Shown: positions 50,046-60,314, counted from the first letter of the stretch. The stretch is DNA of 64,000 nucleotides from Candidatus Methanosuratincola verstraetei (GCA_049570475.1 CP186953.1:352001-416000), one strand, 5' to 3'. The notes: generated by a model from the sequence alone, not told the origin. Numbers and translations: made by a program.

Positions 50046-50879
50046 ATGAGGAGCGAAAGGATCTGCTTTTACAGACCGAGCCCTGCAGTTGTCCCAGTAT
50101 CGATAACCGGCATGAGGTGCGAGCTTGATTGTCCCCACTGCAGGGGGAAGTACTTATCGGGAATGGCAAAGGCATCTATGCCCACAGACCTGATCAGGGC
50201 CTTCATAGCAGCCAAGAAGGGCGGTGCAAAGAGGCTGCTCATAACAGGCGGATTCGCGAAGTCAGGGAAGTTGCCCGTCGGGAATATGATCTCAGCGATA
50301 GAGGAGGGGAAGAGGAGGACGGGGATTAAGGTCAGCATGCATGGAGGGCTCCTCGACAAAGATACCATGGATAGGGTGGCAAAGGCAGGCGTCGACACTC
50401 TGCTGCTGGATGTAATCGGGAGCGAGCAGGCTGTCACTTGCTATCTGGGCGGCGGATGGAGCCTGAGGGGGTATGTGGATGCGCTTTCGAATGCAAAATC
50501 CATTTTTCCTCTTCTCGCCCCACATGTGCTGATAGGTATAGAGCAGGGCAAGATAATCGGCGAGTACAGGGCCATCGACATGATCGCAGAGGCGAAACCC
50601 GGCGCCTGTGCCATTCTCGTCATGACCGATGGGGAGACGCCCGATCCTGAAGAGGTGCAGAAGGTGATGGAATACGCGCGGGAGGGGCTTAAGTCTCACC
50701 TCAGCTTGGGCTGCATGAGGGGGAGGGGGAAAACCAGGATCATCTATGAGAGGATGGCGCTGGACCTGGGTTTCGACGGGATTGCGAACCCCTCACAGGA
50801 GGCTGTAGAGTATGCAAAGAGTTCAGGTCTGGAAGCCATGTGCGTAGAGGACTGCTGCGTCCACATGCCAGTGATCTAG
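50046..50879 (+). CDS. lipS1: Archaeal lipoyl synthase LipS1-like radical SAM
   Basis: SITGxxCELDCPHC, LGCMR, C-terminal CC. Confidence 0.8.
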   Translation: MRSERICFYRPSPAVVPVSITGMRCELDCPHCRGKYLSGMAKASMPTDLIRAFIAAKKGGAKRLLITGGFAKSGKLPVGNMISAIEEGKRRTGIKVSMHGGLLDKDTMDRVAKAGVDTLLLDVIGSEQAVTCYLGGGWSLRGYVDALSNAKSIFPLLAPHVLIGIEQGKIIGEYRAIDMIAEAKPGACAILVMTDGETPDPEEVQKVMEYAREGLKSHLSLGCMRGRGKTRIIYERMALDLGFDGIANPSQEAVEYAKSSGLEAMCVEDCCVHMPVI

Positions 50880-51610
50880 GCGGGTCGCCCCACGGTGCTC
50901 AGGTATATGACCGACTCCTCCGTGCCGTCGAGACCCACCAGCTGGTTTACCTCGTCATCAAAGAATGCGGCGATCTGGCATGTACCTAGCCCCAACGATA
51001 CTGCTGCAAGAGCCAAGTTCTGGGCGAGATGCCCTGCCTCGAGGTAAACATAACGGTAAGCCCGATCCTTGTATTTCCATTTCGATCTCCCAAAGACTGC
51101 GGACCAGATAAAGACGCAAGGGGCTTCTGCACACATCGACTGCCCAAGAGAAGCGTGCGCCAAACCTTCCCCGAAATCCCCTTGTTTAACGATCTCGAGG
51201 CTATGCCTTCTGACTGAGTAGTGGTAGATCCCGTTTGAAAGACCGGAGCAGTTGTTCACCAGCAAATACGTCTCGATGGGGTACAGCGCACCTGCAGACG
51301 GGGCGGTCCTGAATTCATAGCCTTGAATCCGCCCCCGTATGCCCGTTGATGCCCAGAGCATGAAGGAGATCTGATCAAGCAAGACCGGCTCAGGTGCGTA
51401 CTCTCTGACGCTGCGCCTGTTTCTTACGCACCACTCAAGCGTGACACCAGGGGGCTGGAAAGCCGGCAGCCCGATCTCCACGACCCCGGGATATTCCTTG
51501 TATGGGGAGGGTTTCTGCGACCAATCAAGCATGCCTCCGCCAGGGCGATCCCGCCAGTATTTGGTCTCTTGCTGGAACAGGTACCCGATCTCATCAGGCA
51601 TCCTATCCAC
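50876..51610 (-). CDS. SagB/ThcOx-like nitroreductase
   Basis: RRSVR, RTAPSAGALYP, EAGHLAQN, FFDD. Confidence 0.9.
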   Translation of the reverse strand: MDRMPDEIGYLFQQETKYWRDRPGGGMLDWSQKPSPYKEYPGVVEIGLPAFQPPGVTLEWCVRNRRSVREYAPEPVLLDQISFMLWASTGIRGRIQGYEFRTAPSAGALYPIETYLLVNNCSGLSNGIYHYSVRRHSLEIVKQGDFGEGLAHASLGQSMCAEAPCVFIWSAVFGRSKWKYKDRAYRYVYLEAGHLAQNLALAAVSLGLGTCQIAAFFDDEVNQLVGLDGTEESVIYLSTVGRPA

Positions 51611-51611
51611 C

Positions 51612-52120
51612 CTATACCCACTCTTTTTTTATTGAGAACTCCCATCTGCACCAGATGCCTTCGGGGTGAGGGTCGGGCGGGGCGAAGACGCACCTGGTCT
51701 CAAATCTTGGGTTGATCGTCTTCGCAAATGTCGAAAGGTGCGCCAAACCGACAGGCTTGCAAGCGAACTCTCCCTTTCCATCCCTTGTCCTTGCACGCTG
51801 CGGGCGGCACTTTGTGATGGTCATGACCAGGCGATCGCCAAGCAGCGCTGTCTTCAACCCTGAACAGGGGGCTATGCTTATCAGCTGGAGGGCCCTCTCC
51901 AGATCGGCTAACGTCCCTTCGGATATCCCAAGCAGCTCCTTGATCCGATTAGCCTCAGAGACTGCATACTGCTCCCACGCATGCCTGTCAAGATCGATTG
52001 CAGTTTCGATCCCGAATTTCTCCTCCGCGCCCAAGAACCAGTATCCATCGAGTGTGAGGAAGTTTTTCGAGAGGATCTCTATGTACCGTATAAGGTCCTC
52101 CCTTGTCATGGATTCCAGCA
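51612..52120 (-). CDS. DUF6125-like protein (start uncertain)
   Basis: DGYWF, CRPQ, FAC, PPDPHP..WCRW. Confidence 0.65.
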
Positions 52121-52191
52121 TGCCTGAAGACAAGAAAGACACCAAGAATATGGTGATCCCCTTGGCTCAAAAGCGTTTCCAAATTGGCGGA

Positions 52192-52812
52192 TCATTTGAT
52201 CCTAGATATATGGCGGCTGAAGGACCTTATAAACAACCAGAGGGCAAGCCCTATTGCCATGTAGACCAGGGATATGGTGAAAGAGGCGAAGAAAGCCACC
52301 GGGCTGGAGCTGAAAATGACCAAGTAAGCCAAGAAAGAGATCACGAAGGAAGTGGCGACGGCGGCCTTGACGACATCCTTGAAGCTCCTGAACAAAAATG
52401 CCGAGGCTATCCCAAAGAGGATCCCCATCCCGAATATGTGGAATGGGTAAACGTACTGATTTACAACGAAATACAATGAACCCGCCACTGCGGAGAATAT
52501 CGCCCAAAGATATCCAAACCCCGCTGAGTGTCCCGTTGTTGGCATCTGAGCCTCGACAGCTGCTTCACCCCCGAGGTATTGGGTGGCAAGAGGAGTCGCG
52601 CGGTAGTAGTAAACCCTGTCCCGCATTTCCCGTGAGATCAATCCAAGCCTAAGCAACATCGAAAGGTGCGATTCCACAGTGCTCCGGGACCGGTTAACGG
52701 CAGAGGCTATCTCATCACCTGTGAGCTCGTCCTTGATGAGTGCGGCTACGATCTCATACCTTGTCCTCTCGCCCAGTGCATCCATAACTTCGCGCCGGCG
52801 ATCTTCTTCCAT
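52192..52812 (-). CDS. ArsR-type HTH regulator fused to a membrane domain
   Basis: ALGxxTR..SRSTVESHL..YYR HTH, then about 4 TM segments. Confidence 0.82.
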   Translation of the reverse strand: MEEDRRREVMDALGERTRYEIVAALIKDELTGDEIASAVNRSRSTVESHLSMLLRLGLISREMRDRVYYYRATPLATQYLGGEAAVEAQMPTTGHSAGFGYLWAIFSAVAGSLYFVVNQYVYPFHIFGMGILFGIASAFLFRSFKDVVKAAVATSFVISFLAYLVIFSSSPVAFFASFTISLVYMAIGLALWLFIRSFSRHISRIK

Positions 52813-52946
52813 GATCGGAATAGCGCGCGTACCGCTTATCTAACTTTCTTCAATGCACTCCGGTTTTTCTAGAAAAATCGAATCGGCGTGAGCCTTAAGA
52901 TTGCTTAAATTCGCCGGGTGTCGAGGTTTTTTGGAAGGACCCGAAG

Positions 52947-53564
52947 ATGGCCTTTTGGTCTTCGTTGCTGAAGTGGCTAATAATCGGCACGCTACTCGTG
53001 GTTTTTCCATGGACAATACCAATGGCCGGGTTGTACCTATTGGTCAAGTCAGGAATACTCAGGAAAATGGGGGGTCGGATGAATGAGCTGTGGAGAAGAG
53101 GCAGGGTATTCGAGAGGGTATTCGACTGGAAGGCCCGTAGCTGCAAGGAACTCAGGAAAGAGAGCTTTGCATTGGACTATTACATCCCCAGCAGTGCATC
53201 GCCATATGTGATACTCCCCAAGGGGGCTGGATTCATCTGCATCTCCTCATTCAGCATAAAGGACAAGTCCAGGTCGCCTGAAGCATGCAAGACGGCAGTG
53301 AGCGGAGTGCTGAAGTCGCTCGGGGGCGGGGATCGGACAATATCTTTCGTCGGGACCCTAACAGATGAAGGGGACTTCCTGAACAGCATGCAAATCGCAT
53401 CCAAGCACGGACCTTCCATCAAGGCTGAATTCGAGAGGGCCGGAATCGAGCATATGAAACTACTCGAGATCGCCAGAAATGTGGTCGCCTCGACCTCCCC
53501 GACAACCAGTCTTGAGATCCACAGGGGCAAAGACATCATACTTAAACCGATGGTGATGGCATGA
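52947..53564 (+). CDS. Hypothetical protein with N-terminal TM hairpin
   Basis: Hydrophobic first 35 aa; stop overlaps next start. Confidence 0.65.
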   Translation: MAFWSSLLKWLIIGTLLVVFPWTIPMAGLYLLVKSGILRKMGGRMNELWRRGRVFERVFDWKARSCKELRKESFALDYYIPSSASPYVILPKGAGFICISSFSIKDKSRSPEACKTAVSGVLKSLGGGDRTISFVGTLTDEGDFLNSMQIASKHGPSIKAEFERAGIEHMKLLEIARNVVASTSPTTSLEIHRGKDIILKPMVMA

Positions 53565-54931
53565 AGCTCTTAGAGGAAGCTGGGGGCGCACTAGAGGGGA
53601 TTTTTTCCGAAATGGCGGGCATCGGAAGGATGCACCCTTGCGACTGCATCTCGGGGGAGTTCGGTCTTGGAAGGGACGAGCTGAAGAGGTGCTGCATAAC
53701 CGGAATCGGCCCCGAGAGGTCTGAGGTCGGAATGGAGCTCGCACTCAGGTGCTCCGAGGCAGGCGAGAAGCTCCTTATCATAGACATGACAGGGGACTAC
53801 ACTGGTCTTGTGAGCTACATCCCATCACTGAGAGTATATCGGGCAGGAAGGAACTTCCAAGCAAACCCTTTCAGTGCATCACGAAGGGGGTTCCCCGAGC
53901 TGATAGCCGCATCCGTCCAAGCAGTTCTGAAGACAACAAGAACCGAGAGGTTCTACCTGGAGAGGGCTCTGCTCCTGTCGCTATCGCAGGGGGAAGAGAG
54001 GCCCAAGCCCTCAGATCTGCTCGAAAGGCTGCTCCAGATCGAGGCGGAGGCGCATCCGAGGCAGGGGCTGAGCATAGACTCGGTCAGGAATGTGCTCTGG
54101 GAGCTGCAGGCTTTTGACCGCCTGATCCCGCAGGAGGTGCGTCCCCCTGCCCTGATCGACCTCTCCAAGGCTTCTTCTATCAGAGTCGGCAGACTGGCAG
54201 CGATTGATCTCTTCCTGAACCTTGGGTCCCTAGATTTGACAGGGGTAGTGATCGACCCAGCCGACAGGATCTTCGCCCATGATGCGCCGGAGGAGCTGTC
54301 CGAGGCATTGGAGGCGAGCGCAGACGAACTGGCAAGGAGGGGGGCTTTGCTAATAATTGCGGTCTCAACAAATTCCCTTGTTCCCCGGTGGATTACAGAT
54401 ACGCTGACTTCAGAGATCGTCTGTACGACTGTTTCGCATGGGAATAGACAAGCTCCGGAACGCAGAACTCAGGCGCCTTGCGCTTGCGGGTCTAATTTTG
54501 GCCAAGAGCCGCTGCTCATCGTTTCGCGATACTCGGATGCAATGCAACCAGTCAGTATAAGGAGAACCGGATTCAAGCCTGTCGGAGATGAGGAAATCGA
54601 GATGCATATGAGAAGCCTGGGCGAAGATTTCAAGATGCACATTGAGGTCGAGAAGAAGGCCACCCTCCTGGAGAAGATCTTTGCCGACAAAGCGATGCAT
54701 CAGACTGCCAAGGAACTCATGGCCATGATAAGGGGAGGGAGAGTCCCAGTCGATGCGGTCTCCAAACAGCGGAGCGGCACCCTGAAGAGAGTCGTCAAGA
54801 TGCTCTCAAGGCACTTCTTGATAATCGAGTTTGCCGACGGGAATGGGATTAACTGGTACAGGCTGACAAAGGCCGGAGAACGGGCCCTTGATGAGGAGGA
54901 GTGTGAAAATGAGAGTGAAGTACGTGTCTGA
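53561..54931 (+). CDS. HerA/VirB4-like protein with degenerate ATPase motifs
   Basis: IIDMTGDY and NPF retained; Walker A reads GIGPERS, Walker B VVIDPAD; C-terminal YRLTKAG wHTH-like end. Confidence 0.6.
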   Translation: MKLLEEAGGALEGIFSEMAGIGRMHPCDCISGEFGLGRDELKRCCITGIGPERSEVGMELALRCSEAGEKLLIIDMTGDYTGLVSYIPSLRVYRAGRNFQANPFSASRRGFPELIAASVQAVLKTTRTERFYLERALLLSLSQGEERPKPSDLLERLLQIEAEAHPRQGLSIDSVRNVLWELQAFDRLIPQEVRPPALIDLSKASSIRVGRLAAIDLFLNLGSLDLTGVVIDPADRIFAHDAPEELSEALEASADELARRGALLIIAVSTNSLVPRWITDTLTSEIVCTTVSHGNRQAPERRTQAPCACGSNFGQEPLLIVSRYSDAMQPVSIRRTGFKPVGDEEIEMHMRSLGEDFKMHIEVEKKATLLEKIFADKAMHQTAKELMAMIRGGRVPVDAVSKQRSGTLKRVVKMLSRHFLIIEFADGNGINWYRLTKAGERALDEEECENESEVRV

Positions 54932-55220
54932 AAATAGGATCTACTGGAGCCTGGGCAGGGGTCACGGCGACCGAGTTGTTGGCGTCGAGGTTTCTGCATT
55001 AGGCGAGGACAGGGTAAGAAGAACAGTTTTTTCGAGAGGCAAGTTTGGGAGGGAGGAGAAGATAAACGAGGAGGAGTATAGCGTCGAGGAGTTTTTGGAA
55101 ATACTCGAGGCGGAGAGTGCTATCCTCAAAAGAAAAGACCCCGCCGGGGATGGGGATGGCGGTAAGGAGCTGATCCTGCGCGCGATCGAGATCTTGAGGA
55201 GGGTCTACAATGGGCTATGA
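54909..55220 (+). CDS. Small hypothetical protein
   Basis: Overlaps both neighbours in an operon. Confidence 0.6.
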   Translation: MRVKYVSENRIYWSLGRGHGDRVVGVEVSALGEDRVRRTVFSRGKFGREEKINEEEYSVEEFLEILEAESAILKRKDPAGDGDGGKELILRAIEILRRVYNGL

Positions 55221-56175
55221 AGACAGAGATGGGCTAGAGCTGGAGGATTTACCAGGGATAGGATCTGCAACTGCAGAGAGGCTGAGAAAGGCAGGGATTA
55301 AAACAGTTAAGGATCTTGCCTGCATCCCGGCGAGGGAGCTTGAAGAGATAAGCGAGCTGGCTGAGGGGAGGGCAGGCGAGGCTGTGAGGAACGCCAGGGA
55401 AGCAGTTTTTCCGAAGGTTATGACCGCCAGGGAATATCTTGAGAAGAGGAAGGGCATCCAATTCCTGACAACTGGGACGAAGAATCTGGACCTCCTGCTT
55501 TGCGGCGGCCTGGAGCCAGGGATCACAGAGCTCATAGGTGCATACGGCACGGGGAAGACTCAGATCTGCCTCCAGCTCTGCCTTACCGTGCAGCTGACTC
55601 GAAATCGGGGAGGGCTGGACGGGGCGGCTTTCTACATAGACACAGAGGACACTTTCAAGCCTGAGAGGCTTTACCCTATTGCAAATGCGCTCGGTCTCGA
55701 GGGTGACCAGATACTGGATCGCGTGCACGTATTCAGGGCCATCAACTCTGATCACCAGTTCGAGGGACTGAGGGTAGCACAGGAGTATGTTGTGGAGAAG
55801 AAAGCAAACCTGATTATCGTTGATTCGCTCACAGCCCACTTCCGTGCAGAGTACTCTGGGAGAGAAAATTTGGTAACGAGGCAACAGAGGCTAAACACGT
55901 TCATACACCAGCTCCAGAGGATCTCGACAATGCACGATGCCATAATAGTTGTCACAAACCAGATCTTGGATGTCCCCGAGGTCATACCAGGGGTGAAGCC
56001 TGCGAGACCTGCAGGAGGGAATGTTGTGGCGCACGGCTGCACGTTCCGGCTTTGGCTGGAGAGATCAAAGGGCATGACTAAGGTCAGTGTGATCGACTCC
56101 CCGAAGCACCCCAGGAGCTCGACCTGGGTTATGCTAAGCGAGGCAGGGGTGAAGGACTCGGAAGTTCCAAAGTGA
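55210..56175 (+). CDS. radA: RadA recombinase (divergent copy)
   Basis: HhH LEDLPGIG, Walker A GAYGTGKT, YIDTE, IVDS, HFRAEY, TNQ, GGNVVAH. Confidence 0.92.
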   Translation: MGYEDRDGLELEDLPGIGSATAERLRKAGIKTVKDLACIPARELEEISELAEGRAGEAVRNAREAVFPKVMTAREYLEKRKGIQFLTTGTKNLDLLLCGGLEPGITELIGAYGTGKTQICLQLCLTVQLTRNRGGLDGAAFYIDTEDTFKPERLYPIANALGLEGDQILDRVHVFRAINSDHQFEGLRVAQEYVVEKKANLIIVDSLTAHFRAEYSGRENLVTRQQRLNTFIHQLQRISTMHDAIIVVTNQILDVPEVIPGVKPARPAGGNVVAHGCTFRLWLERSKGMTKVSVIDSPKHPRSSTWVMLSEAGVKDSEVPK

Positions 56176-56181
56176 TCCGGG

Positions 56182-56688
56182 ATGAGACCCCAGGATTCAT
56201 ACTCCACAGATCCAAGGGTTAGGCAGACATTGCTCCTGCGTGGGGACAGAAATGCAGCTAGGGGGGTTGCTCTCAGGGCGTGCATAGAGAGGGGGCGCTT
56301 GGGGGAAAGGGCGATCTACCTGCAGCAGAGGCTTATGGCGGTTGACGAGACGGCCCTGCGTTCAATGGTCGGCCCTGAAAATTTGATGCTAGGGGTTTTC
56401 GAGTCCTTGGGCGAGGTCGCACCCTTGATCTCTGCGATAAAGCCCGCCATTGCCGTGATTGACCCTGTGAACGGACTCAGCAGCGGGTACCTTTCTCTTA
56501 GGCGGCTTGCTTTGGATCTCTTCGAAATGGCAACCGCAGCGGAGAGGATCAAGGCAAGCCTAATACTGCTCTGCGACATGACGGATCGGAGCGGGGAAAA
56601 GGTGCCTAGGCACTACAGCCTGATCCGCAAGTTCTGTGACTGCGAAATGGAGGTCAGGGCTGATGGAAATGACGGGCAGAGGGGTTGA
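56182..56688 (+). CDS. Short RecA-fold (RadB-like) protein lacking Walker A
   Basis: LLLRGDRNAARG at P-loop position, RAIYL, AVIDPV. Confidence 0.5.
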   Translation: MRPQDSYSTDPRVRQTLLLRGDRNAARGVALRACIERGRLGERAIYLQQRLMAVDETALRSMVGPENLMLGVFESLGEVAPLISAIKPAIAVIDPVNGLSSGYLSLRRLALDLFEMATAAERIKASLILLCDMTDRSGEKVPRHYSLIRKFCDCEMEVRADGNDGQRG

Positions 56689-56755
56689 AGGACTGAGTGA
56701 GTCGTCGGATGGCAGCAAAAAAGGAAATGATGGGAAAGGGCTGAGGGTAAAGGGG

Positions 56756-59149
56756 CTATTCCAGCAGTTCAAACCCGTTGTTCTTGCTGGACTTGACTAG
56801 GCGCTCCATCAGCACCTTCCGCTCAACGCCAGCTACAACTTTCCTTGTCCATACGACCATGTCAGGGTTCGCGCTAATGCTATCAATGCCAGCCCTTACC
56901 AGCGTCTCTGTGAGGTCGGGGTAAACGCTCGGTCCCTGCCCGCAGATGCTGACAGTGACGCCATGCGAGTGCGCCACTTTTATGAGGTGCATGATTGCCC
57001 TGATTACAGCCGGATCCCTCTCGTCGAAGTACCTCGAGTCCTGCGCAGGGAGTATGGGCGAGTCCCTGTCGACGCCCAGGATGAGCTGCGTAAGGTCGTT
57101 GCTGCCAACGCTGAAACCGTCGCAGAGCCTAGAGAACTCGTCAGCCATGAATACTATCGATGGGATCTCAGCCATGAGCCATACCTTGAAGTCGCGATCC
57201 CTCTGCAGACCCTCCTCCTTCATTATATTCAGGCACGACTCGACTTCCCATGTAGTCCTAACGAACGGCAACATCACCCAGACGTTCTTCAGGCCCCATT
57301 CGTCCCTCACCCGCTTTATCGCCCTGCACTCTAGCCTGAAGGCGGGCGAATAAACGTCTGAAACATAGCGGCTGACACCCCTCCACCCTATCATCGGGTT
57401 TGCTTCCTGCGGCTCAAACTTGTCGCCGCCGACAAGCTGTCGGTACTCGTTGGTCTTGAAGTCGCTGAACCTCACAACAAGCGGCCGCGGGTGTATCTCC
57501 CTTGCAACCTTCGAGATTCCAGTAGCGAGCTTGTCGATGAACTTCTCATCCTGCTTTGTCTCTATCAAGTGCAGGGGGTGCTCACCTATTACATCAGCGA
57601 TTATGAACTCAACCCGCATCAGCCCAATCCCATCGAACGGCAGATCGCGGTACTTGTCGATCATCCCAGGCTCCCCGAGGTTCATGTATATCTTGGTCGC
57701 AGTCGGGTAGTAGGACTCGACACTTAGCGCTGCCTTCGTTGGGACCACGGGCTTCTTTTCCTCGGGGCCGATCAGGTCTCCTTCATAGACGACACCGTGG
57801 GTTGCATCAACTGTTATCACTTGCCCTGTTTTGAGGATCTTTGTTGCCTCCTTTGTCCCCACTATGCATGGAATGCCCAACTCCCTGCTCACTATCGCAG
57901 CGTGGCAGGTCTTGCCTCCGCTGTCGGTGATTATCGCAAGGGCCTTCCGCATTGCAGGGGCCCAGTCTGGCGATGTCATCTCAGTGACCAGTATCTCGCC
58001 TGCCTGGAACTCCCGGATATGTTTCGTGTCCATTATTACGTGCGCCTTTCCCGACACTAGCCCTGGAGATGCAGGGACGCCTCTCAAGAGGCGCTTGACC
58101 CCGCTGTCCATATGGTCCATCTTTTTGCCTTCAGGCTTGGTTTCAACCTTCATCGACCAGACAGTCTCGGGCCTTGCCTGGACTATGTACAGCTTCTTGT
58201 CGTAAGAGTCCAGTGCCCACTCTATGTCCATCCCCATACCGTAGTGTTTCTCTATCTCCACCGCAAATTTTGCGAGCTCAAGAACCTGCTCGTCAGAGAT
58301 GCATGGTGCCCCGACACGCTCCGGTGGGACGGGGGTCTCTTTGAGGAAGCCCTCGCCGCTATCGGATGGGGAACGTATTGCCATCTTTTCCTTCCTTGAA
58401 ATGTTCCTATCGATTATCGTCATTGTCTTTTTGTCAACCGTCCATTCATCTGGGCTTACCTTGCCCTGGACGATCATCTCGCCGATACCCCACGTGCCCT
58501 CGATAACTACTACATCGCGGTTCCCCGTCGTTGGGTCCAGCGTAAACATGACCCCTGAGGATTCGCTATCGACCATCTTCTGCACTGCAACGCTGAGATA
58601 AACCTTCATGTCATCGAAACCCTTCTCCTTCCTGTATGCGATCGCCCTCGGGGTGAATAGGGATGAGAAGCATTTTATCACATACTTTAGGAGGGCATCC
58701 TTCCCAGAGACGAAAAGGTAAGTGTCCTGCTGCCCAGCGAAGCTCGCACCTGGCAGGTCTTCTGCAGTGGCGCTGCTCCTGACTGCGACCGGAGGATCTT
58801 TGACCTTCAGCATACTGCCCAGTTTCTGGTAAGCCGCGACTATCTCTTCTACCAGCTCGACCGGGAGGGGTGCAGACTCAATTATTGACCTGATCTCTCT
58901 GGAGGAGGATTCCAGTGAGTCGCTATCAGTGATATCCATCCTGGAGAGCACTTCCTTAATCCTGTCTCGTAAGTTGTTCCTGTTTATGTGCAGCTTGTAA
59001 GCCTCAGCAGTTATGGCAAACCCAGGAGGGACAGGCACGCCGAAAGACAAGAGTTCCCCAAGATTTGCACACTTTCCACCGACAAGAGGGATGTCGTCCT
59101 TCTTTAATGAGTCAAAAAAGATTATGTATGATGATCTGGAACCAGCCAT
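56756..59149 (-). CDS. ppsA: Phosphoenolpyruvate synthase
   Basis: VGGKxANLGE, VRSSATAED, QARPET, TCHAAIVSRE, GSNDLTQ, SICGQ. Confidence 0.96.
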   Translation of the reverse strand: MAGSRSSYIIFFDSLKKDDIPLVGGKCANLGELLSFGVPVPPGFAITAEAYKLHINRNNLRDRIKEVLSRMDITDSDSLESSSREIRSIIESAPLPVELVEEIVAAYQKLGSMLKVKDPPVAVRSSATAEDLPGASFAGQQDTYLFVSGKDALLKYVIKCFSSLFTPRAIAYRKEKGFDDMKVYLSVAVQKMVDSESSGVMFTLDPTTGNRDVVVIEGTWGIGEMIVQGKVSPDEWTVDKKTMTIIDRNISRKEKMAIRSPSDSGEGFLKETPVPPERVGAPCISDEQVLELAKFAVEIEKHYGMGMDIEWALDSYDKKLYIVQARPETVWSMKVETKPEGKKMDHMDSGVKRLLRGVPASPGLVSGKAHVIMDTKHIREFQAGEILVTEMTSPDWAPAMRKALAIITDSGGKTCHAAIVSRELGIPCIVGTKEATKILKTGQVITVDATHGVVYEGDLIGPEEKKPVVPTKAALSVESYYPTATKIYMNLGEPGMIDKYRDLPFDGIGLMRVEFIIADVIGEHPLHLIETKQDEKFIDKLATGISKVAREIHPRPLVVRFSDFKTNEYRQLVGGDKFEPQEANPMIGWRGVSRYVSDVYSPAFRLECRAIKRVRDEWGLKNVWVMLPFVRTTWEVESCLNIMKEEGLQRDRDFKVWLMAEIPSIVFMADEFSRLCDGFSVGSNDLTQLILGVDRDSPILPAQDSRYFDERDPAVIRAIMHLIKVAHSHGVTVSICGQGPSVYPDLTETLVRAGIDSISANPDMVVWTRKVVAGVERKVLMERLVKSSKNNGFELLE

Positions 59150-59321
59150 CGACAGCACCTTAAATCGATTAGGGGCGCGTATCACTATTAATATTTTTGG
59201 TCAGTTTGCAACAGAGTTACAGATTTTGAGGCGGTCTATAACACAAGCAAAAAGATTTCCGAAAAATTTCTGCTTCGCTGGCAGGGATTGCAATCAATAA
59301 GCTACCAACATACTTATATTA

Positions 59322-59339
59322 ATTAATATCGATATTAAT
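59322..59339. promoter_or_regulatory. 18-bp perfect palindrome, candidate operator
   Basis: ATTAATATC-GATATTAAT between divergent ppsA and lrp. Confidence 0.45.
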
Positions 59340-59373
59340 AGTAATAAAACTTCAATATATTAAGGTAGGATCT

Positions 59374-59823
59374 ATGAGGCAGCTAGATGACTATGACCGG
59401 AAGATAATCGAGGTATTAAGGAAGGATGGGAGGGTCTCCTATAGGAACCTTGCCTCTGTTGTTGGCATATCGAACGTTGCAGTTAGGGACAGGGTTAGCA
59501 AACTGTTGAAGAGAGGCTACATAAAGGGTTTTTTTGCGCTTGCCGACTCGAGACTGATAGGGAAAGATGTCTCAGCAATTTTTGAGGTCGAGGCCAACAC
59601 GAATGAATTTTCTGAAGTTGTGGACAGGATCTCTGCATATGAGGAAGTCACAAAGGTCTATGAGAAGGTCGGCGCCCCAACTATTTTCGTCCATGCAAGT
59701 TTCAGCAACATTGATGAGATGCAAAATTTCGCTGAGAGGATTTACAAGATGAAAGGCGTAGTCAAGGTCGTATCATCAATGATTTACAAAAGACACAAGT
59801 TCGATCCGTCTCTGGATGTATGA
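59374..59823 (+). CDS. Lrp/AsnC transcriptional regulator
   Basis: LDDYDRKII..DGR..LA..G.S..V..R..L..G.I HTH plus RAM domain. Confidence 0.92.
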   Translation: MRQLDDYDRKIIEVLRKDGRVSYRNLASVVGISNVAVRDRVSKLLKRGYIKGFFALADSRLIGKDVSAIFEVEANTNEFSEVVDRISAYEEVTKVYEKVGAPTIFVHASFSNIDEMQNFAERIYKMKGVVKVVSSMIYKRHKFDPSLDV

Positions 59824-59869
59824 CTGCTTCACTTCCCGATCTAAAATGAAAAATCATTTAAATGAAAAA

Positions 59870-60166
59870 TCATTTCAATATCTTGAAGTCAGAGAATTCG
59901 TTCCTGCTTTCTTGCCACTCAATGGATAGGTTGTCTACCTTGGAGTTGGGCGGCCCAATCCTGAGCTCGGAAATCAGGTCCATCAGCTTGCCCTTCTCCC
60001 CTTCGGCCAAGACCTCAACACTCCCGTCCTTCTGGTTCCTGACGTATCCTTTGAGGTCCAGCCCCCTAGCAATGCGATACGTATAGTACCTATAGCCAAC
60101 TCCTTGCACAACGCCTGTGACCCTGATCTTAACGCGCGCTGTCAAAAAACACACCTGTTGTATCAA
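59870..60166 (-). CDS. acyP: Acylphosphatase (start probably ~60145)
   Basis: GVVQGVGYR, GYVRNxxDGSVE. Confidence 0.93.
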   Translation of the reverse strand: MIQQVCFLTARVKIRVTGVVQGVGYRYYTYRIARGLDLKGYVRNQKDGSVEVLAEGEKGKLMDLISELRIGPPNSKVDNLSIEWQESRNEFSDFKILK

Positions 60167-60314
60167 AGTATGACGGAAATACTATAAAAAACATACTTAA
60201 AACAAAAGATTGCACTCGCGTTGGCTAAAATTTGGAAGGATTGCCAAAGAGCCGATCTAATAAGATTAATATGAATAGGCAGTTAGATGGAAGTGGATTA
60301 AAGGATGGTCCAGC

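Noticed and set aside
51712-52479. 255-aa plus-strand ORF
   Set aside because: Antisense to two recognisable genes
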